A DNA stretch of 64,000 nt from Ignavibacteriota bacterium (GCA_003158475.1 PMJR01000120.1:13758-77757), one strand, 5' to 3'. Numbered from the stretch's first letter, positions 48,960 to 59,770 are shown. Notes: a model not told the origin generated them from the sequence alone. Made by a program: numbers and translations.

Positions 48960-49553
48960 ATGCCTGGATTCACACGTTTCACCTCCCGGGTCGTCCCGCT
49001 CCTCGTCGATAACGTCGACACGGATCAGATCATACCGGCCCGGTTCCTCAAAGTAACCGATAAACTGGGGCTGGGGGAGAACCTGTTTTCGGACTGGCGG
49101 TACAACGCGGACGGTTCGGCGCGGCGCGACTTCGTCCTGAACATGCCGGAACACCGGGGGGCACAGATCCTTCTGGCCGGCGACAATTTCGGGTGTGGAT
49201 CTTCGCGTGAACATGCTCCCTGGGCGCTCACCGGGTTCGGTTTCCGGACGGTGATCAGCACGTCGTTTGCGGACATTTTCGCAAACAACGCACTGAAGAA
49301 CAGTCTCCTCCCTCTCGCTCTGAGCGGGGCGGATCACCGCGACGTCGTCGCACTCCTGAAATCGGACCCCGCCGCCGAGCTTACAGTCGACCTCTCCTCC
49401 CAGACTTTGCTCGTCCCCGGGGGAAGGTCCATGTCGTTCCCGATCGACGGTTTTGCAAAAACATGCCTGCTGGACGGGGTGGATGAGCTCGGGTACCTCC
49501 TCCGGTTCATGCGGGAGATCGAAGCGTTCGAAAAGTTCACATCGCGGGGTTGA
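48960..49553 (+). CDS. leuD: 3-isopropylmalate dehydratase small subunit
   Basis: [33 protein letters not shown]. Confidence 0.9.
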   Translation: MPGFTRFTSRVVPLLVDNVDTDQIIPARFLKVTDKLGLGENLFSDWRYNADGSARRDFVLNMPEHRGAQILLAGDNFGCGSSREHAPWALTGFGFRTVISTSFADIFANNALKNSLLPLALSGADHRDVVALLKSDPAAELTVDLSSQTLLVPGGRSMSFPIDGFAKTCLLDGVDELGYLLRFMREIEAFEKFTSRG

Positions 49554-49556
49554 GCC

Positions 49557-51113
49557 ATGCGCGTACAGGTGTACGATACGACGTTGCGCGACGGCACGCA
49601 GAGAGAAGGGATTTCACTCTCGTGCGATGACAAGCTCCGGATCGCCAGGAAACTCGACGACCTGGGTGTGGCGTACATTGAAGGGGGATGGCCGGGCTCG
49701 AATCCGAAGGACGTCGAGTTCTTCTCCCGGGCGAGGGACCTCCGGTGGAATCACGCGGTGATAACATCGTTCGGTTCCACGTGCCGCGTCGGGGGACGCC
49801 CCGGCGACGACGCCAACATCGCGGCGCTCGTCGATTCGGCGACGACCGTCTGCACGCTCGTGGGAAAGACGTCGATGTTTCATGTGAAAGAGGTTCTGCG
49901 CACGAACGCGGAGGAGAACCTGAGGATCATCCGGGAGAGCACGGCATACATCGTGCAGCGGGGACGGAGGGTCTTTTACGATGCGGAACACTTTTTTGAC
50001 GGGTTCAAGCTCGACAGGGCGTACGCCCTGGAGACACTCCGCGCCGCCGCCGCCGGTGGGGCGGAGATTCTTGTACTCTGCGACACCAACGGGGGGACGA
50101 TGCCATGGGAAATTGCCGAGATCGTTGCCGTCGTCCGTGAAGGGACCCCTGTCCCTCTCGGGATACATACACACAACGACGCGGAGTGCGCGGTGGCGAA
50201 CTCCCTTGCCGCCGTACGGGAGGGGTGTATCCAGGTGCAGGGGACCATCAACGGGTACGGAGAACGCTGCGGCAACGCCAACCTGATTTCGGTGATCGCC
50301 GATCTCACGCTCAAACTGGACGGGGAGTGCCTCCCCGAGGGGAACCTCGCGCGGCTCACGGACACCGCCCACTACGTTGCGGAGATTGCGAATCTCTCCC
50401 CCGACGGCCACCTCGCCTACGTCGGGAAATCGGCGTTCGCCCACAAAGGGGGGATCCACGTCGCCGCAATCAGGCGCAGCCCCGATTCCTACCAGCACTG
50501 CGATCCGGCGCTCGTGGGGAATGTCATGCGCGTCGTGGTATCGGAGCTGTCGGGACGCGCGAACCTCGTCAGCAAATCGGAGGAGTTTGGGTTTGAGAAC
50601 GTGGACAAGGGGCGGATCGGCCAGGTCCTCGACCAGATCAAGGCTCTCGAGGCGAAGGGGTTCTCCTTTGAAGCGGCCGAGGCGTCTGTCGCTCTGATGA
50701 TGCAACGCCAGCAGGATAATTATGCCCCGCCGTTCGAGCTGATCGATCTGACGGTGAACGTCGAGCACAGGGAAGGACGGGGTATTTTTGCCGAGGCGAC
50801 CGTCAAGCTGAGTGTCGCCGGGAGCGTCATCCACACTGTTGCGGAGGGGAACGGGCCGGTCAACGCGCTCGATACGGCGGTCAGGAAGGCGCTCACCCCC
50901 GTCTACCCGAAGCTCGCTTCGTTCCAGCTTGCCGACTACAAGGTCAGGATACTGGACGGGACCAACGGCACCGCGGCCACGACACGTGTCCTGATTGAAA
51001 CGAGGAACGGCACACGCCGCTGGAGCACCGTGGGAGCGAGCGCAAACATCATCGAAGCGAGCTGGCGCGCGCTTTCCGACAGCATCGAATACGGACTGAC
51101 CTCCAATGCATGA
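49557..51113 (+). CDS. cimA: (R)-citramalate synthase (CimA-type LeuA paralog)
   Basis: MRVQVYDTTLRDGTQREGIS..., collinear along its full length with Geobacter-type CimA (518 aa). Confidence 0.8.
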   Translation: MRVQVYDTTLRDGTQREGISLSCDDKLRIARKLDDLGVAYIEGGWPGSNPKDVEFFSRARDLRWNHAVITSFGSTCRVGGRPGDDANIAALVDSATTVCTLVGKTSMFHVKEVLRTNAEENLRIIRESTAYIVQRGRRVFYDAEHFFDGFKLDRAYALETLRAAAAGGAEILVLCDTNGGTMPWEIAEIVAVVREGTPVPLGIHTHNDAECAVANSLAAVREGCIQVQGTINGYGERCGNANLISVIADLTLKLDGECLPEGNLARLTDTAHYVAEIANLSPDGHLAYVGKSAFAHKGGIHVAAIRRSPDSYQHCDPALVGNVMRVVVSELSGRANLVSKSEEFGFENVDKGRIGQVLDQIKALEAKGFSFEAAEASVALMMQRQQDNYAPPFELIDLTVNVEHREGRGIFAEATVKLSVAGSVIHTVAEGNGPVNALDTAVRKALTPVYPKLASFQLADYKVRILDGTNGTAATTRVLIETRNGTRRWSTVGASANIIEASWRALSDSIEYGLTSNA

Positions 51114-51125
51114 ACGGGGCGGCAT

Positions 51126-52193
51126 ATGAAGGCAGGCATTGTACTCCTCCCGGGTGACGGCATCGGCCCGGAAGTGGCCCGGGCGGCGCACAGGGTCCTC
51201 ACGGAAATCGCCCGGCTGGGAGGGCATGAATTCACGTTCACGACACAGCTCATCGGGGGCTGTTCCATCGACGCTTCCGGGGTCGCCCTGACGCCGGAAG
51301 TGCTCGACTCCTGCAAGAAGGCGGATGCCGTGCTTCTCGGGGCCGTAGGAGGTCCGCGCTGGGACAACCCGCAGGCAGCCGTGAGGCCGGAGCAGGGGCT
51401 CCTGGCGCTCAGAAAAGGACTATCGCTGTACGCAAATCTGAGACCCGTCAAACCCCACCCGCTTCTCCTCGACGCGACCCCGCTCAAGCCAGCACACGTG
51501 AAAGACGTCGACGTGATGGTGGTGAGGGAACTCACCGGCGGCCTCTATTTCGGCACGCCGCGGGGTCGGGACGAGGTCGACGGCCTCGTCCGGGCCTTCG
51601 ACACGATGGAGTACTACGAATATGAGATCAAGCGCGTGGTCGAGCTGGCATTCCAGCTTGCCGGGGGGAGGAGGAAGAAAGTCACTTCGGTGGACAAGGC
51701 CAACATCCTTGAGACGTCACGCCTCTGGCGCCAGACTGCCATTGACGTCGCGAAAGGCTTTCCCGATGTGACACTCGAACATATGCTTGTGGATACCGCC
51801 TCGATGCGGCTGATTTCATCCCCCGCGGCGTTCGACGTCCTCGTGACGGAGAACATGTTCGGCGACATATTGACGGACGAGGCGTCCGTTCTTGCCGGCT
51901 CGATGGGCCTTCTCCCTTCGGCGTCGATCGGAGAAGGAGGGCCCGGTGTCTATGAGCCGATTCACGGGTCCGCGCCGGACATTGCAGGGAAGGGATCCGC
52001 GAACCCGGTGGGAGCAATACTGAGCGCGGCGCTCCTCCTGCGGCACTCGCTCCACCTGGGCGACGAAGCGGAGGCCGTCGAGCGTGCCGTCGACAGGGCG
52101 ATCGCCGACGGTTTCCGGACGGCGGACATCCGGGGCACACACGGCACGGAAGAGGTCACCGAAGCCGTCGTGAAGAGAATCACACTCAGGTAG
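51126..52193 (+). CDS. leuB: 3-isopropylmalate dehydrogenase
   Basis: [36 protein letters not shown]. Confidence 0.9.
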   Translation: MKAGIVLLPGDGIGPEVARAAHRVLTEIARLGGHEFTFTTQLIGGCSIDASGVALTPEVLDSCKKADAVLLGAVGGPRWDNPQAAVRPEQGLLALRKGLSLYANLRPVKPHPLLLDATPLKPAHVKDVDVMVVRELTGGLYFGTPRGRDEVDGLVRAFDTMEYYEYEIKRVVELAFQLAGGRRKKVTSVDKANILETSRLWRQTAIDVAKGFPDVTLEHMLVDTASMRLISSPAAFDVLVTENMFGDILTDEASVLAGSMGLLPSASIGEGGPGVYEPIHGSAPDIAGKGSANPVGAILSAALLLRHSLHLGDEAEAVERAVDRAIADGFRTADIRGTHGTEEVTEAVVKRITLR

Positions 52194-52238
52194 GAATCGT
52201 CAACTGCAACCACACACTCAGGCAAGGAGAACGACAGC

Positions 52239-53300
52239 ATGGCGCTCATCGATTTCGGCGGTGTCAAGGAGGAAGTTGTCACCCGGGAAGAGTTCACGCT
52301 CGCGAAGGCGCGAAACGTGCTGAAGGACGAGGTCGTTGCGATCATCGGCTATGGCCCGCAGGGGCACGGCCAGTCGCTGAACCTCCGGGACAACGGGGTC
52401 AGCGTGGTGATCGGTCAGCGGAAGGGGGGAAAGGGCTGGCAGGATGCTCAGCACGATGGGTGGGAGGAGGGGAAAAACCTCTTTGAGAACATCGAAGAAG
52501 CCGTGCGTCGCGGTACGATCGTGCAGAACCTCCTCTCCGATGCGGGGCAGAAAGACCAGTGGCAACGCGTGCTGAAGAACCTCAGAAAAGGACAGGCGCT
52601 CTGTTTCTCGCACGGCTTTTCCGTGGTGTTCAAGGATCAGACGGGAGTGGTCCCGCCCAAAGACGTCGATGTGTTCCTCGTTGCCCCCAAGGGAGCGGGG
52701 CGGACCGTGCGGACGAACTTCCTTGCCGGGAGCGGCATCAACTCCAGTTTTGCGATCTACCAGGATGCGACTGGGAGGGGAGGGGAAAGGGCGGTGGCGT
52801 TCGGGATTGCGATCGGGTCAGGCTATCTCTTCCCCACGACGTTCGAGAAGGAAGTCCTGAGCGACCTCACGGGTGAACGGGGCGTGCTCATGGGGGCGAT
52901 CGCCGGGCTGATGAAAGCGCAATACGAAACTCTCCGTGAAATGGGGCACTCCCCGAGCGAGGCCTTCAACGAAACGGTGGAAGAGGCGACGCAATCGCTC
53001 TACCCCCTGATCGGTGCGAATGGCATGGACTGGATGTTCGCTTCCTGCAGCACCACCGCGCAACGGGGGGCGCTTGACTGGTCAAAGCGGTTCGAGACAG
53101 CCGCAAGGCCCCTCTTCGAGCTGCTCTACCGGGACGTCCGGGCGGGTGTGGAGTCCCAGCGCGTCCTGGATACGTGCAGCGCCCCCGACTACCGCGAGAA
53201 GCTCGAGGGAGAGCTGGGAGCGTGGCGGAACTCAGAAATGTGGCGGGCCGGGGCTGCCGTCAGGGCGCTCCGCCCCGAGAACTGGAAGAAGACCAAGTAA
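52239..53300 (+). CDS. ilvC: Ketol-acid reductoisomerase (class I)
   Basis: [26 protein letters not shown]-binding fold; the IlvC C-terminal domain. Confidence 0.9.
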   Translation: MALIDFGGVKEEVVTREEFTLAKARNVLKDEVVAIIGYGPQGHGQSLNLRDNGVSVVIGQRKGGKGWQDAQHDGWEEGKNLFENIEEAVRRGTIVQNLLSDAGQKDQWQRVLKNLRKGQALCFSHGFSVVFKDQTGVVPPKDVDVFLVAPKGAGRTVRTNFLAGSGINSSFAIYQDATGRGGERAVAFGIAIGSGYLFPTTFEKEVLSDLTGERGVLMGAIAGLMKAQYETLREMGHSPSEAFNETVEEATQSLYPLIGANGMDWMFASCSTTAQRGALDWSKRFETAARPLFELLYRDVRAGVESQRVLDTCSAPDYREKLEGELGAWRNSEMWRAGAAVRALRPENWKKTK

Positions 53301-53302
53301 CC

Positions 53303-53322
53303 GGCCGCGTCGCGCGGCCCGG
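53303..53322 (+). terminator. GC hairpin (ggccgcg-tcg-cgcggcc) directly after ilvC; possible operon terminator
   Basis: 7-bp GC stem, 3-nt loop, weak U tract. Confidence 0.3.
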
Positions 53323-53519
53323 GCCATGTTTCACGTATGCAACGCCGGTGCATGCCCGCGTGCACGCCACCGGCTGAACGGGCTTGATTCGTTTCTCCGT
53401 ATACTCTATCTTCCCTTCGGTCGGCACGGAGCAGAACTGATCCCTTCCGGGTCTGCTCGCCGGCGTCAGGGTTGACCTCGTACGTTCCCTTCAACTTCAC
53501 ACACTCTCCAGGAGGAAGC

Positions 53520-54110
53520 ATGAATATCGTAGACAGGGCGAAGAACATCATCATGACGCCAAAGACCGAGTGGCCGGCCATAGCGGCGGAGCAGCCCAAC
53601 GTGGGTCAGATCGTCTCCGGGTATGTGATTCCTCTCGCGCTCATCCCTGCGATTGCCGCGGTACTCGGCTACGGCCTGATTGGCCGCGGGATGGCCGCTT
53701 CGTTCACCTGGGGGATTGCGATGGCGATCATCACGTTCGTCGCCGCGGTGGTGGGCGTGTACCTTACGGCGTTCGTCATCGACATGCTTGCGCCCAACTT
53801 CGGATCACAGAAGAATTTCGGGCGGGCAATGCAGCTTGTCGCATACTCCTACACCCCGGCCTGGGTCGCGGGGATCCTGAACATCGTCCCGGTCCTGGGG
53901 GTGCTCGTACTCATTGCGAGCATTTACGGGCTCTATCTCCTCTACCTGGGGTTCCCCCAGACGATGAAGACTCCCGGGGACAAGGTGGTGGTCTACATGG
54001 TGGTCTCCATCATCGTGCTGATCGTCGTCTATTTTGTACTGACGGCGTTACTGACGGCGGTCGTGTTCGGAATATTCGGACTGAGCGCGATGTCGATGAT
54101 CGGAGGGTAG
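53520..54110 (+). CDS. Yip1-family membrane protein
   Basis: RBS ggaggaag plus ATG (MNIVDRAKNII...). Five TM helices. Confidence 0.7.
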   Translation: MNIVDRAKNIIMTPKTEWPAIAAEQPNVGQIVSGYVIPLALIPAIAAVLGYGLIGRGMAASFTWGIAMAIITFVAAVVGVYLTAFVIDMLAPNFGSQKNFGRAMQLVAYSYTPAWVAGILNIVPVLGVLVLIASIYGLYLLYLGFPQTMKTPGDKVVVYMVVSIIVLIVVYFVLTALLTAVVFGIFGLSAMSMIGG

Positions 54111-54133
54111 TGTGTGTGCGCGGGACGTGTACG

Positions 54134-54167
54134 GGGCCGCCAGGCGAAGACCGGGCGGCCCTTTTTT
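54134..54167 (+). terminator. Rho-independent terminator (gggccgcc-12 nt-ggcggccc plus TTTTTT) between convergent Yip1 and galT genes
   Basis: 8-bp perfect GC stem followed by a T6 run; an A-run on the other strand (possibly bidirectional). Confidence 0.6.
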
Positions 54168-54195
54168 CTTGGCCGCCGCAGGGGACGGTGGATGA

Positions 54196-55194
54196 TCACT
54201 CGGGCAGGACATCCCGGAGGAACCGGGCGCTCTCTTCCGGGAGAGTTGTGTTGATGTACATGCCGCTCCCTATCTCAAAACCGGCTGTCCGCACGATGCG
54301 GGGGATGACGGTGAGGTACCAGTGGAAAAATTCCCGTTGTCCCTCCCGCGCGGGGATGGAGCGGATCGAGAAATTGTAGTCGGGGTTGTTCAGACCGTGG
54401 TAGAGCTTCCCGAGCACGGTGCGGAGCGTGGCCGCCAGGTCCGTGATCTCATACTCCTCGATTTCGTCGAAGGAGGAACAGTGGCGGACGGGAAATATCC
54501 AGAGGTGGAACGGCGAGAGGGCGGCGAACGGAATGAAGGCGACGAACGAGTCCGTGGAGGCGACGATCCTGATCCCGTCGGCGAGCTCACGCCTGAGCGT
54601 GGTGCAGAACACACATTCGCCGGTCTCGTCGAAAAACCTTATAGCCTCATCCATCCTGTGACGCACCTGTGTCGGGACGATGGGGGTGGCGGTGATCTGT
54701 GAGTGCGGGTGGGCGAGCGATGTCCCCGCCGATTCGCCGTGGTTCTTGAACACAATGATCGCCTCGACCCGCGGGTCCTTCCTCATCTCCATGTAGCGCT
54801 GGCGGTAGACGCGGATCACCTTCGCCAGGTCTTCGACGGAATAGAGCGCCGGGGACAGATCGTGCCGCCTGTGTTCGACGACGACCTCGTGGAACCCTAC
54901 ACCCGACATCGAGCGGTAGACGCCGTCGATCCGCCTGACCCGGTCACCCTCCCGCGAGAGCGCGGGGAATTTATTCCCCACGACCCGTACCTTCCAGCCT
55001 TCGCCCTCCGGAATCCTGTACGTCTCGGCGGAGCTCATCGATTCGTTCCCCGGGCAGAACGGGCACCCGGGATCGAATGCCGGAACGGGAGTAATCGTCT
55101 TTTTCGGCCGGACAAACTCGTCCGGCCTCCTGGCGCGCTCTGTTGCAATGATCACCCACTCGCGGGTGATGATGTTCTGTCTGAGCTCCGGCAT
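54196..55194 (-). CDS. galT: Galactose-1-phosphate uridylyltransferase (HIT-like family 1)
   Basis: CPFCPGNE zinc site, HPHSQI (HxHxQ) active site. Confidence 0.75.
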   Translation of the reverse strand: MPELRQNIITREWVIIATERARRPDEFVRPKKTITPVPAFDPGCPFCPGNESMSSAETYRIPEGEGWKVRVVGNKFPALSREGDRVRRIDGVYRSMSGVGFHEVVVEHRRHDLSPALYSVEDLAKVIRVYRQRYMEMRKDPRVEAIIVFKNHGESAGTSLAHPHSQITATPIVPTQVRHRMDEAIRFFDETGECVFCTTLRRELADGIRIVASTDSFVAFIPFAALSPFHLWIFPVRHCSSFDEIEEYEITDLAATLRTVLGKLYHGLNNPDYNFSIRSIPAREGQREFFHWYLTVIPRIVRTAGFEIGSGMYINTTLPEESARFLRDVLPE

Positions 55195-55203
55195 GAGGTG
55201 CGG

Positions 55204-55962
55204 TTATTTTCCCGGGTCGATCTGGGAGAGGACTTTTTTCGAGTCGACTTTCTTTACCCAAGGCTCGATCTCCGGGACGGGACCCGTGACCTCGAGGGAA
55301 ACGCTCAGCACAAGCGTCCTCCTGGCGACCCCGTCTTCCGGCTGTTTCAAATCGACGCGTGAGAGTTGTTTCGTCTCCCTGAGGGAGACGGGATCAAAAT
55401 AGACGGCGATCCGCTCGGTCCCGTTTTCCGCGTTTGATTTCAACGCGATGACTCCAGGATGTTCGAACACCACTGCGTCGGGATCGATGACTGCGTTCGG
55501 GTTGCTGTTGAGCCAGACGTTGACCTGTATTGGTTCTTTGTGCGTCTCCGTCGCTTTGAGCTGCAGTGCGCCGGCTTTCTGCTGCATCTCCATGGCGAGC
55601 TTGGACATCGCCGCATAATCCCCTTTGGCCTGTGCCTCCGCCACCTTCTTCTGATATTCCTTTTGAATGTCCTTGCTCTCGTCCTCCGTCTTCTTCTCGG
55701 TTCCGAACTTCCTGTCGGCGGAGGCGCTGATAAGATTGTACTTGCTGTTGTTCGAGTTCTTGTATGCCTCGGTGGGAAGGTTGAAGCCTTCGTGCTCGAC
55801 AGAGTACCCCGCCGGCTGTCCCAGCGCCTCGAGCACGGCCACCAGTTTCTTCTTGATGACGGACACCTCGTCCCTTGTCAGCGATTTCTCGTCCTGTGTG
55901 CGGGCGTCCCCGGTCGCAAGGAACAGGACGGGGATGACGAGCAGAGAGAGTGAGCGAAACAT
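55204..55962 (-). CDS. Secreted hypothetical protein
   Basis: Signal MFRSLSLLVIPVLFLATGDARTQ. 9 nt upstream of galT. Confidence 0.5.
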   Translation of the reverse strand: MFRSLSLLVIPVLFLATGDARTQDEKSLTRDEVSVIKKKLVAVLEALGQPAGYSVEHEGFNLPTEAYKNSNNSKYNLISASADRKFGTEKKTEDESKDIQKEYQKKVAEAQAKGDYAAMSKLAMEMQQKAGALQLKATETHKEPIQVNVWLNSNPNAVIDPDAVVFEHPGVIALKSNAENGTERIAVYFDPVSLRETKQLSRVDLKQPEDGVARRTLVLSVSLEVTGPVPEIEPWVKKVDSKKVLSQIDPGK

Positions 55963-56012
55963 GGGGACCTCCTGAAATGTGTAATTTGATTTTGAGCGGG
56001 TGTCACGCTAGA

Positions 56013-56342
56013 TTATGCGCCGGGATCATCGTCGGACCCCTCTTGGGGGTCCGACAGCGCCTCCGGGTGGGCAATGAACAGTTTTGAGCAGAAATCTCCC
56101 GAAAACTTACCCTGCTGCCTGCACTGGGCGAGCGTCTTCCGGACTGCATCAAGGTCCTCTGCGGCGCTTGAAAAACAGAAATTCTCCAGCGTTGCGCCGC
56201 ATTCAGTACAGAAGATTTTGTCGCCGGCGGGAGCCGGGGCCGGTTTCTCCCCCTTTTTCCGGGCGGGCGGGGGGGTCTGTTTCGATTTTCGGTCTCCGGA
56301 TCTCATGCGCATGTCGCCCTGGAAGAGGTTTCCATCTGGCAC
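56013..56342 (-). CDS. Small hypothetical protein (109 aa); doubtful
   Basis: ORF only; a single CxxC; no recognisable family. Confidence 0.2.
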   Translation of the reverse strand: MPDGNLFQGDMRMRSGDRKSKQTPPPARKKGEKPAPAPAGDKIFCTECGATLENFCFSSAAEDLDAVRKTLAQCRQQGKFSGDFCSKLFIAHPEALSDPQEGSDDDPGA

Positions 56343-56473
56343 AATATAGAGAATAGTTGGGAAAGGAGAAAGCGGGTGGCGAGCCTGCTATCGTGTTTTG
56401 CTTTCCGGAGGCTTCATCAGTATCTTCCATGGATCTCCCGCCGGGGAATGTCTCGAACCAGTCAGGGATTGCG

Positions 56474-58729
56474 ATGAATTCCATAGTGCGCCGTGGGTTG
56501 ACCGTCATTGTCATACTCTTCTCCGGGTGTGCCGCCGTCGCCGCCCAGCCGATGGCCGGGTTCGATACGTCTCACGCCGCCGGCGAGCGGTCTCTAGAAG
56601 CGAGGTTCGACGGGGCCATCAAAGCGGAAAACATGCGGACCTGGATGAAGAATCTCTCCTCCCACGCCCATCATGTCGGGTCGAAGCACGATGAGGAGAA
56701 TGCGGCGTACATCGCATCGCTGTTCCGTTCCTGGGGGTACGACACGCGCGTCGAGGAGTTCACCGTGCTGTTCCCGACGCCGAAGACGTGCCTGCTCGAA
56801 CTCACTTCCCCCGTCACGTACCGGGCGGGCCTGGCGGAACCTCCCCTTCCTGAAGACACCACATCAGGCCAGACCGCCGAACAGCTCCCGCTGTACAATT
56901 GCTATTCATGTGACGGTGATGTCGCGGGACAACTTGTGTACGTCAACTTCGGCGTGCCGAAGGACTACGAGGAGCTGGACCGCCGGGGGATCGATGTGAA
57001 GGGGAGGATCGTCATCGCCCGGTATGGTGGCTCATGGCGCGGGATCAAGCCCAAGGTTGCCGCCGAACACGGCGCCGCCGGATGCATCATCTATTCCGAT
57101 CCGCGGGACGATGGATATTTTGAAGGGGATGTCTATCCCCGGGGAGCCTACCGGAGCGAGTTCGGCGGGCAGCGCGGATCGGTTGCCGACATGCCCCTGT
57201 ATGCGGGCGATCCGCTCACGCCGTTCGTGGGGGCCACGAAGGACGCAAAACGCCTGCCGCTGAAAGAGGCGCGGACGCTGACCACCATCCCGGTCCTCCC
57301 GATCTCCTATGGTGACGCGCTTCCCCTGCTCCGTGCGCTGGGCGGACCCGTTGCGCCGGTCGAGTGGCGGGGCGCCCTCCCGATCACATACCACCTCGGG
57401 CCGGGACCGGCCACGGTTCACCTGAAACTGGAGTTCTCATGGGACATGGTCCCGATCCGGGACGTCATCGCCACGCTGAAAGGGAGCGGAGAACCGGGCG
57501 AGTGGATCATCCGGGGGAACCACCATGACGCATGGGTCTACGGCGCAGGGGATCCGCGGAGCGGCCTCGTGTCGATGATGGAGGAAGCGCGGGGGGTGGG
57601 CCTCCTCGCCGGACGGGGATGGCATCCGAAAAGAACCATTGTCTACTGCGCCTGGGATGGCGAGGAACCGGGCCTCCTGGGCTCGACCGAATGGGTGGAG
57701 ACGCACGCCGGGGAGCTCTCGGGCCACGCCGCCGCGTATATCAACTCGGACGGGAACGGCAGGGGGTTCCTCTCTGCCGGAGGGTCCCACACGCTTGAAA
57801 AGTTCGTGAACCAGGTGGCGCGTGATGTGACGGACCCCGAAACGCACGTCAGCGTCGGGGAACGGCTCAGGGCCGTGGAGATACTCCATGCTCCGGTTCC
57901 GGAGAGGAAGGTCCTGAGGGAACGGGCGGACCTCCGGATCGGCGCGCTCGGATCCGGGTCCGATTATACTCCATTCCTCCAGCATTGCGGGATCGCGTCG
58001 CTGAATATCGGCTACGGCGGTGAGAACGGGGGAGGTTCCTATCATTCCGTCTACGATTCGTTCGACCATTATACGCGGTTCGGCGATCCGGGGTTCGTCT
58101 ACGGCGTGACACAGGCGCAGACCGCCGGGAGGATCGTGCTTCGTCTTGCGGATGCGGAAGTTCTCCCGTTCGATTTTGAGAACTTCACGGAGACGATTGC
58201 GCTGTACCTCCAGGAAGTGATGAAGCTTGCCGACGACATGCGCGATGAGACGGAGGAAATGAACAGGAAAATTCAGGAGAAGTCGTTCGACCTCTCCGCC
58301 GATCCCACCGGGGTGTGGATCACACCGAAAGGCCGGGAGCCCGTCCCGTTCCTTGATTTCTCCCCGATGCAGAACGCGCTGGCGCTCCTGAAGGGGAGTA
58401 CCTCCCGGTTCGGCGATGCGTGGAAGGCCGCGGGTGCCGCGCGGGGACCTCTCCCGGCGGAAACCGCCAGGTCGCTCGACAGGCTCTTCATGGATTTCGA
58501 GCGTTCGCTGATTACGAAGGAGGGGCTGCCCGGAAGGCCGTGGTACGTGCATCAGATCTACGCGCCCGGCCGGTACACCGGTTACGGCGTCAAGACGCTC
58601 CCGGGTGTGCGCGAGGCGATCGAAACCAGGAGGTGGAAGGAAGCAGGAGAGCAGATCCTTGTCGCCTCCGGGGTCCTTGAGCACGCGGCAGGCCTCATCG
58701 ACAGGGGGACATCGTTGTTGAAGCAGTGA
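56474..58729 (+). CDS. M28 family peptidase with PA and transferrin-receptor-like dimerisation domains (glutamate carboxypeptidase II / NAALADase-like)
   Basis: Signal/lipobox ILFSGCAAV. M28 metal ligands (HHDAW, DGEEPGLLGS, EW). C-terminal TFR dimerisation helix region. Confidence 0.8.
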   Translation: MNSIVRRGLTVIVILFSGCAAVAAQPMAGFDTSHAAGERSLEARFDGAIKAENMRTWMKNLSSHAHHVGSKHDEENAAYIASLFRSWGYDTRVEEFTVLFPTPKTCLLELTSPVTYRAGLAEPPLPEDTTSGQTAEQLPLYNCYSCDGDVAGQLVYVNFGVPKDYEELDRRGIDVKGRIVIARYGGSWRGIKPKVAAEHGAAGCIIYSDPRDDGYFEGDVYPRGAYRSEFGGQRGSVADMPLYAGDPLTPFVGATKDAKRLPLKEARTLTTIPVLPISYGDALPLLRALGGPVAPVEWRGALPITYHLGPGPATVHLKLEFSWDMVPIRDVIATLKGSGEPGEWIIRGNHHDAWVYGAGDPRSGLVSMMEEARGVGLLAGRGWHPKRTIVYCAWDGEEPGLLGSTEWVETHAGELSGHAAAYINSDGNGRGFLSAGGSHTLEKFVNQVARDVTDPETHVSVGERLRAVEILHAPVPERKVLRERADLRIGALGSGSDYTPFLQHCGIASLNIGYGGENGGGSYHSVYDSFDHYTRFGDPGFVYGVTQAQTAGRIVLRLADAEVLPFDFENFTETIALYLQEVMKLADDMRDETEEMNRKIQEKSFDLSADPTGVWITPKGREPVPFLDFSPMQNALALLKGSTSRFGDAWKAAGAARGPLPAETARSLDRLFMDFERSLITKEGLPGRPWYVHQIYAPGRYTGYGVKTLPGVREAIETRRWKEAGEQILVASGVLEHAAGLIDRGTSLLKQ

Positions 58730-58807
58730 GTTGAGTGCGTGCACTGCTGCAGGTTCTCACGCCTCTCATCATAATTGATAATCGTACATATCACCGGGAG
58801 CAAATCC

Positions 58808-59725
58808 ATGCGCCGTTCCTTACTCTTGTCCCTTTTCGTTTGCCTCGCCTTCCTGACCGCGACGGGCCAGACGTTGCCGGCGGCCACCGCCGCCTTGGCT
58901 GTCGACCTCAAGCTGAACTACTCTGTGGTTCCCAATGTGACATATTCCGTTGCGAACAATTTCAACTGCAAGCTCGATGTCTACGCCCGGAATCCCCGCG
59001 GCACTGTCGCCCCCACCCTCGTCTTCATACACGGAGGCGGCTGGGTGGCGGGGACGAAGGAAAGTGATATATTCGAACTCCTCCCGTATCTCGAGATGGG
59101 CTTTCACGTCATCAATGTCGAATACCGTCTCGCAAGGGTTTCTCCCCCACCGGCGGCTGTCGAGGATTGCCGCCTGGCGCTCCGCTGGGTGTACGAGAAC
59201 GCGAAGCAGTACGGGTTCGACACGACGCGGATCGTGGTCAGCGGGGGATCCGCGGGCGGACACCTTGCGCTGATGACCGGGATGCTTGATGCCGGGGCGG
59301 GGTTTGACGCTCCGAAGGAATGGGATGACGCGATCCCCTCGATGAAGGTCGCCGCGATCGTGAACTGGTTCGGGATCACCGACGTGAAGGAACTCCTCGA
59401 CGGACCGAACCGGCAGGGATACGCTGTCAACTGGTTCGGCAGCCTCCCCGAGAAGGAGAAGGTGGCCGTGCGTGTCTCACCCCTCACGTACGTCCGCGCA
59501 GGCCTCCCCCCGGTCCTGACAATCCACGGGGACAACGACCAGCTCGTCCCGTACACACAGGCGGTCCGCCTGCACAAGGCCCTCACGGCTGCCGGTGTGC
59601 CGAACCGGCTCATCACCATACCCGGCGGCGGGCACGGGGGATTCACGCGGGATCAACTGATGGCTGCGTATGGTACGATCCGGGAGTTCCTGGACCAGTA
59701 CGGGATTCGTCCCGCGGCCAGGTAG
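58808..59725 (+). CDS. Secreted alpha/beta hydrolase (esterase/lipase, HSL/Abhydrolase_3-like)
   Basis: HGGGW oxyanion motif, GGSAGG nucleophile. Signal peptide. Confidence 0.75.
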   Translation: MRRSLLLSLFVCLAFLTATGQTLPAATAALAVDLKLNYSVVPNVTYSVANNFNCKLDVYARNPRGTVAPTLVFIHGGGWVAGTKESDIFELLPYLEMGFHVINVEYRLARVSPPPAAVEDCRLALRWVYENAKQYGFDTTRIVVSGGSAGGHLALMTGMLDAGAGFDAPKEWDDAIPSMKVAAIVNWFGITDVKELLDGPNRQGYAVNWFGSLPEKEKVAVRVSPLTYVRAGLPPVLTIHGDNDQLVPYTQAVRLHKALTAAGVPNRLITIPGGGHGGFTRDQLMAAYGTIREFLDQYGIRPAAR

Positions 59726-59770
59726 AAGCTTCCTGACCTTACCGGAAGGAGAACAGATGACCCTCCCCCT

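Noticed and set aside
44835-51227. Long minus ORFs (44835..46235, 46411..47196, 49614..51227)
   Set aside because: Antisense to DAHPS/leuA, leuA and cimA. The plus-strand genes are unambiguous conserved enzymes.
57437-58744. 435-aa minus ORF
   Set aside because: Antisense to the GCPII-like M28 peptidase.
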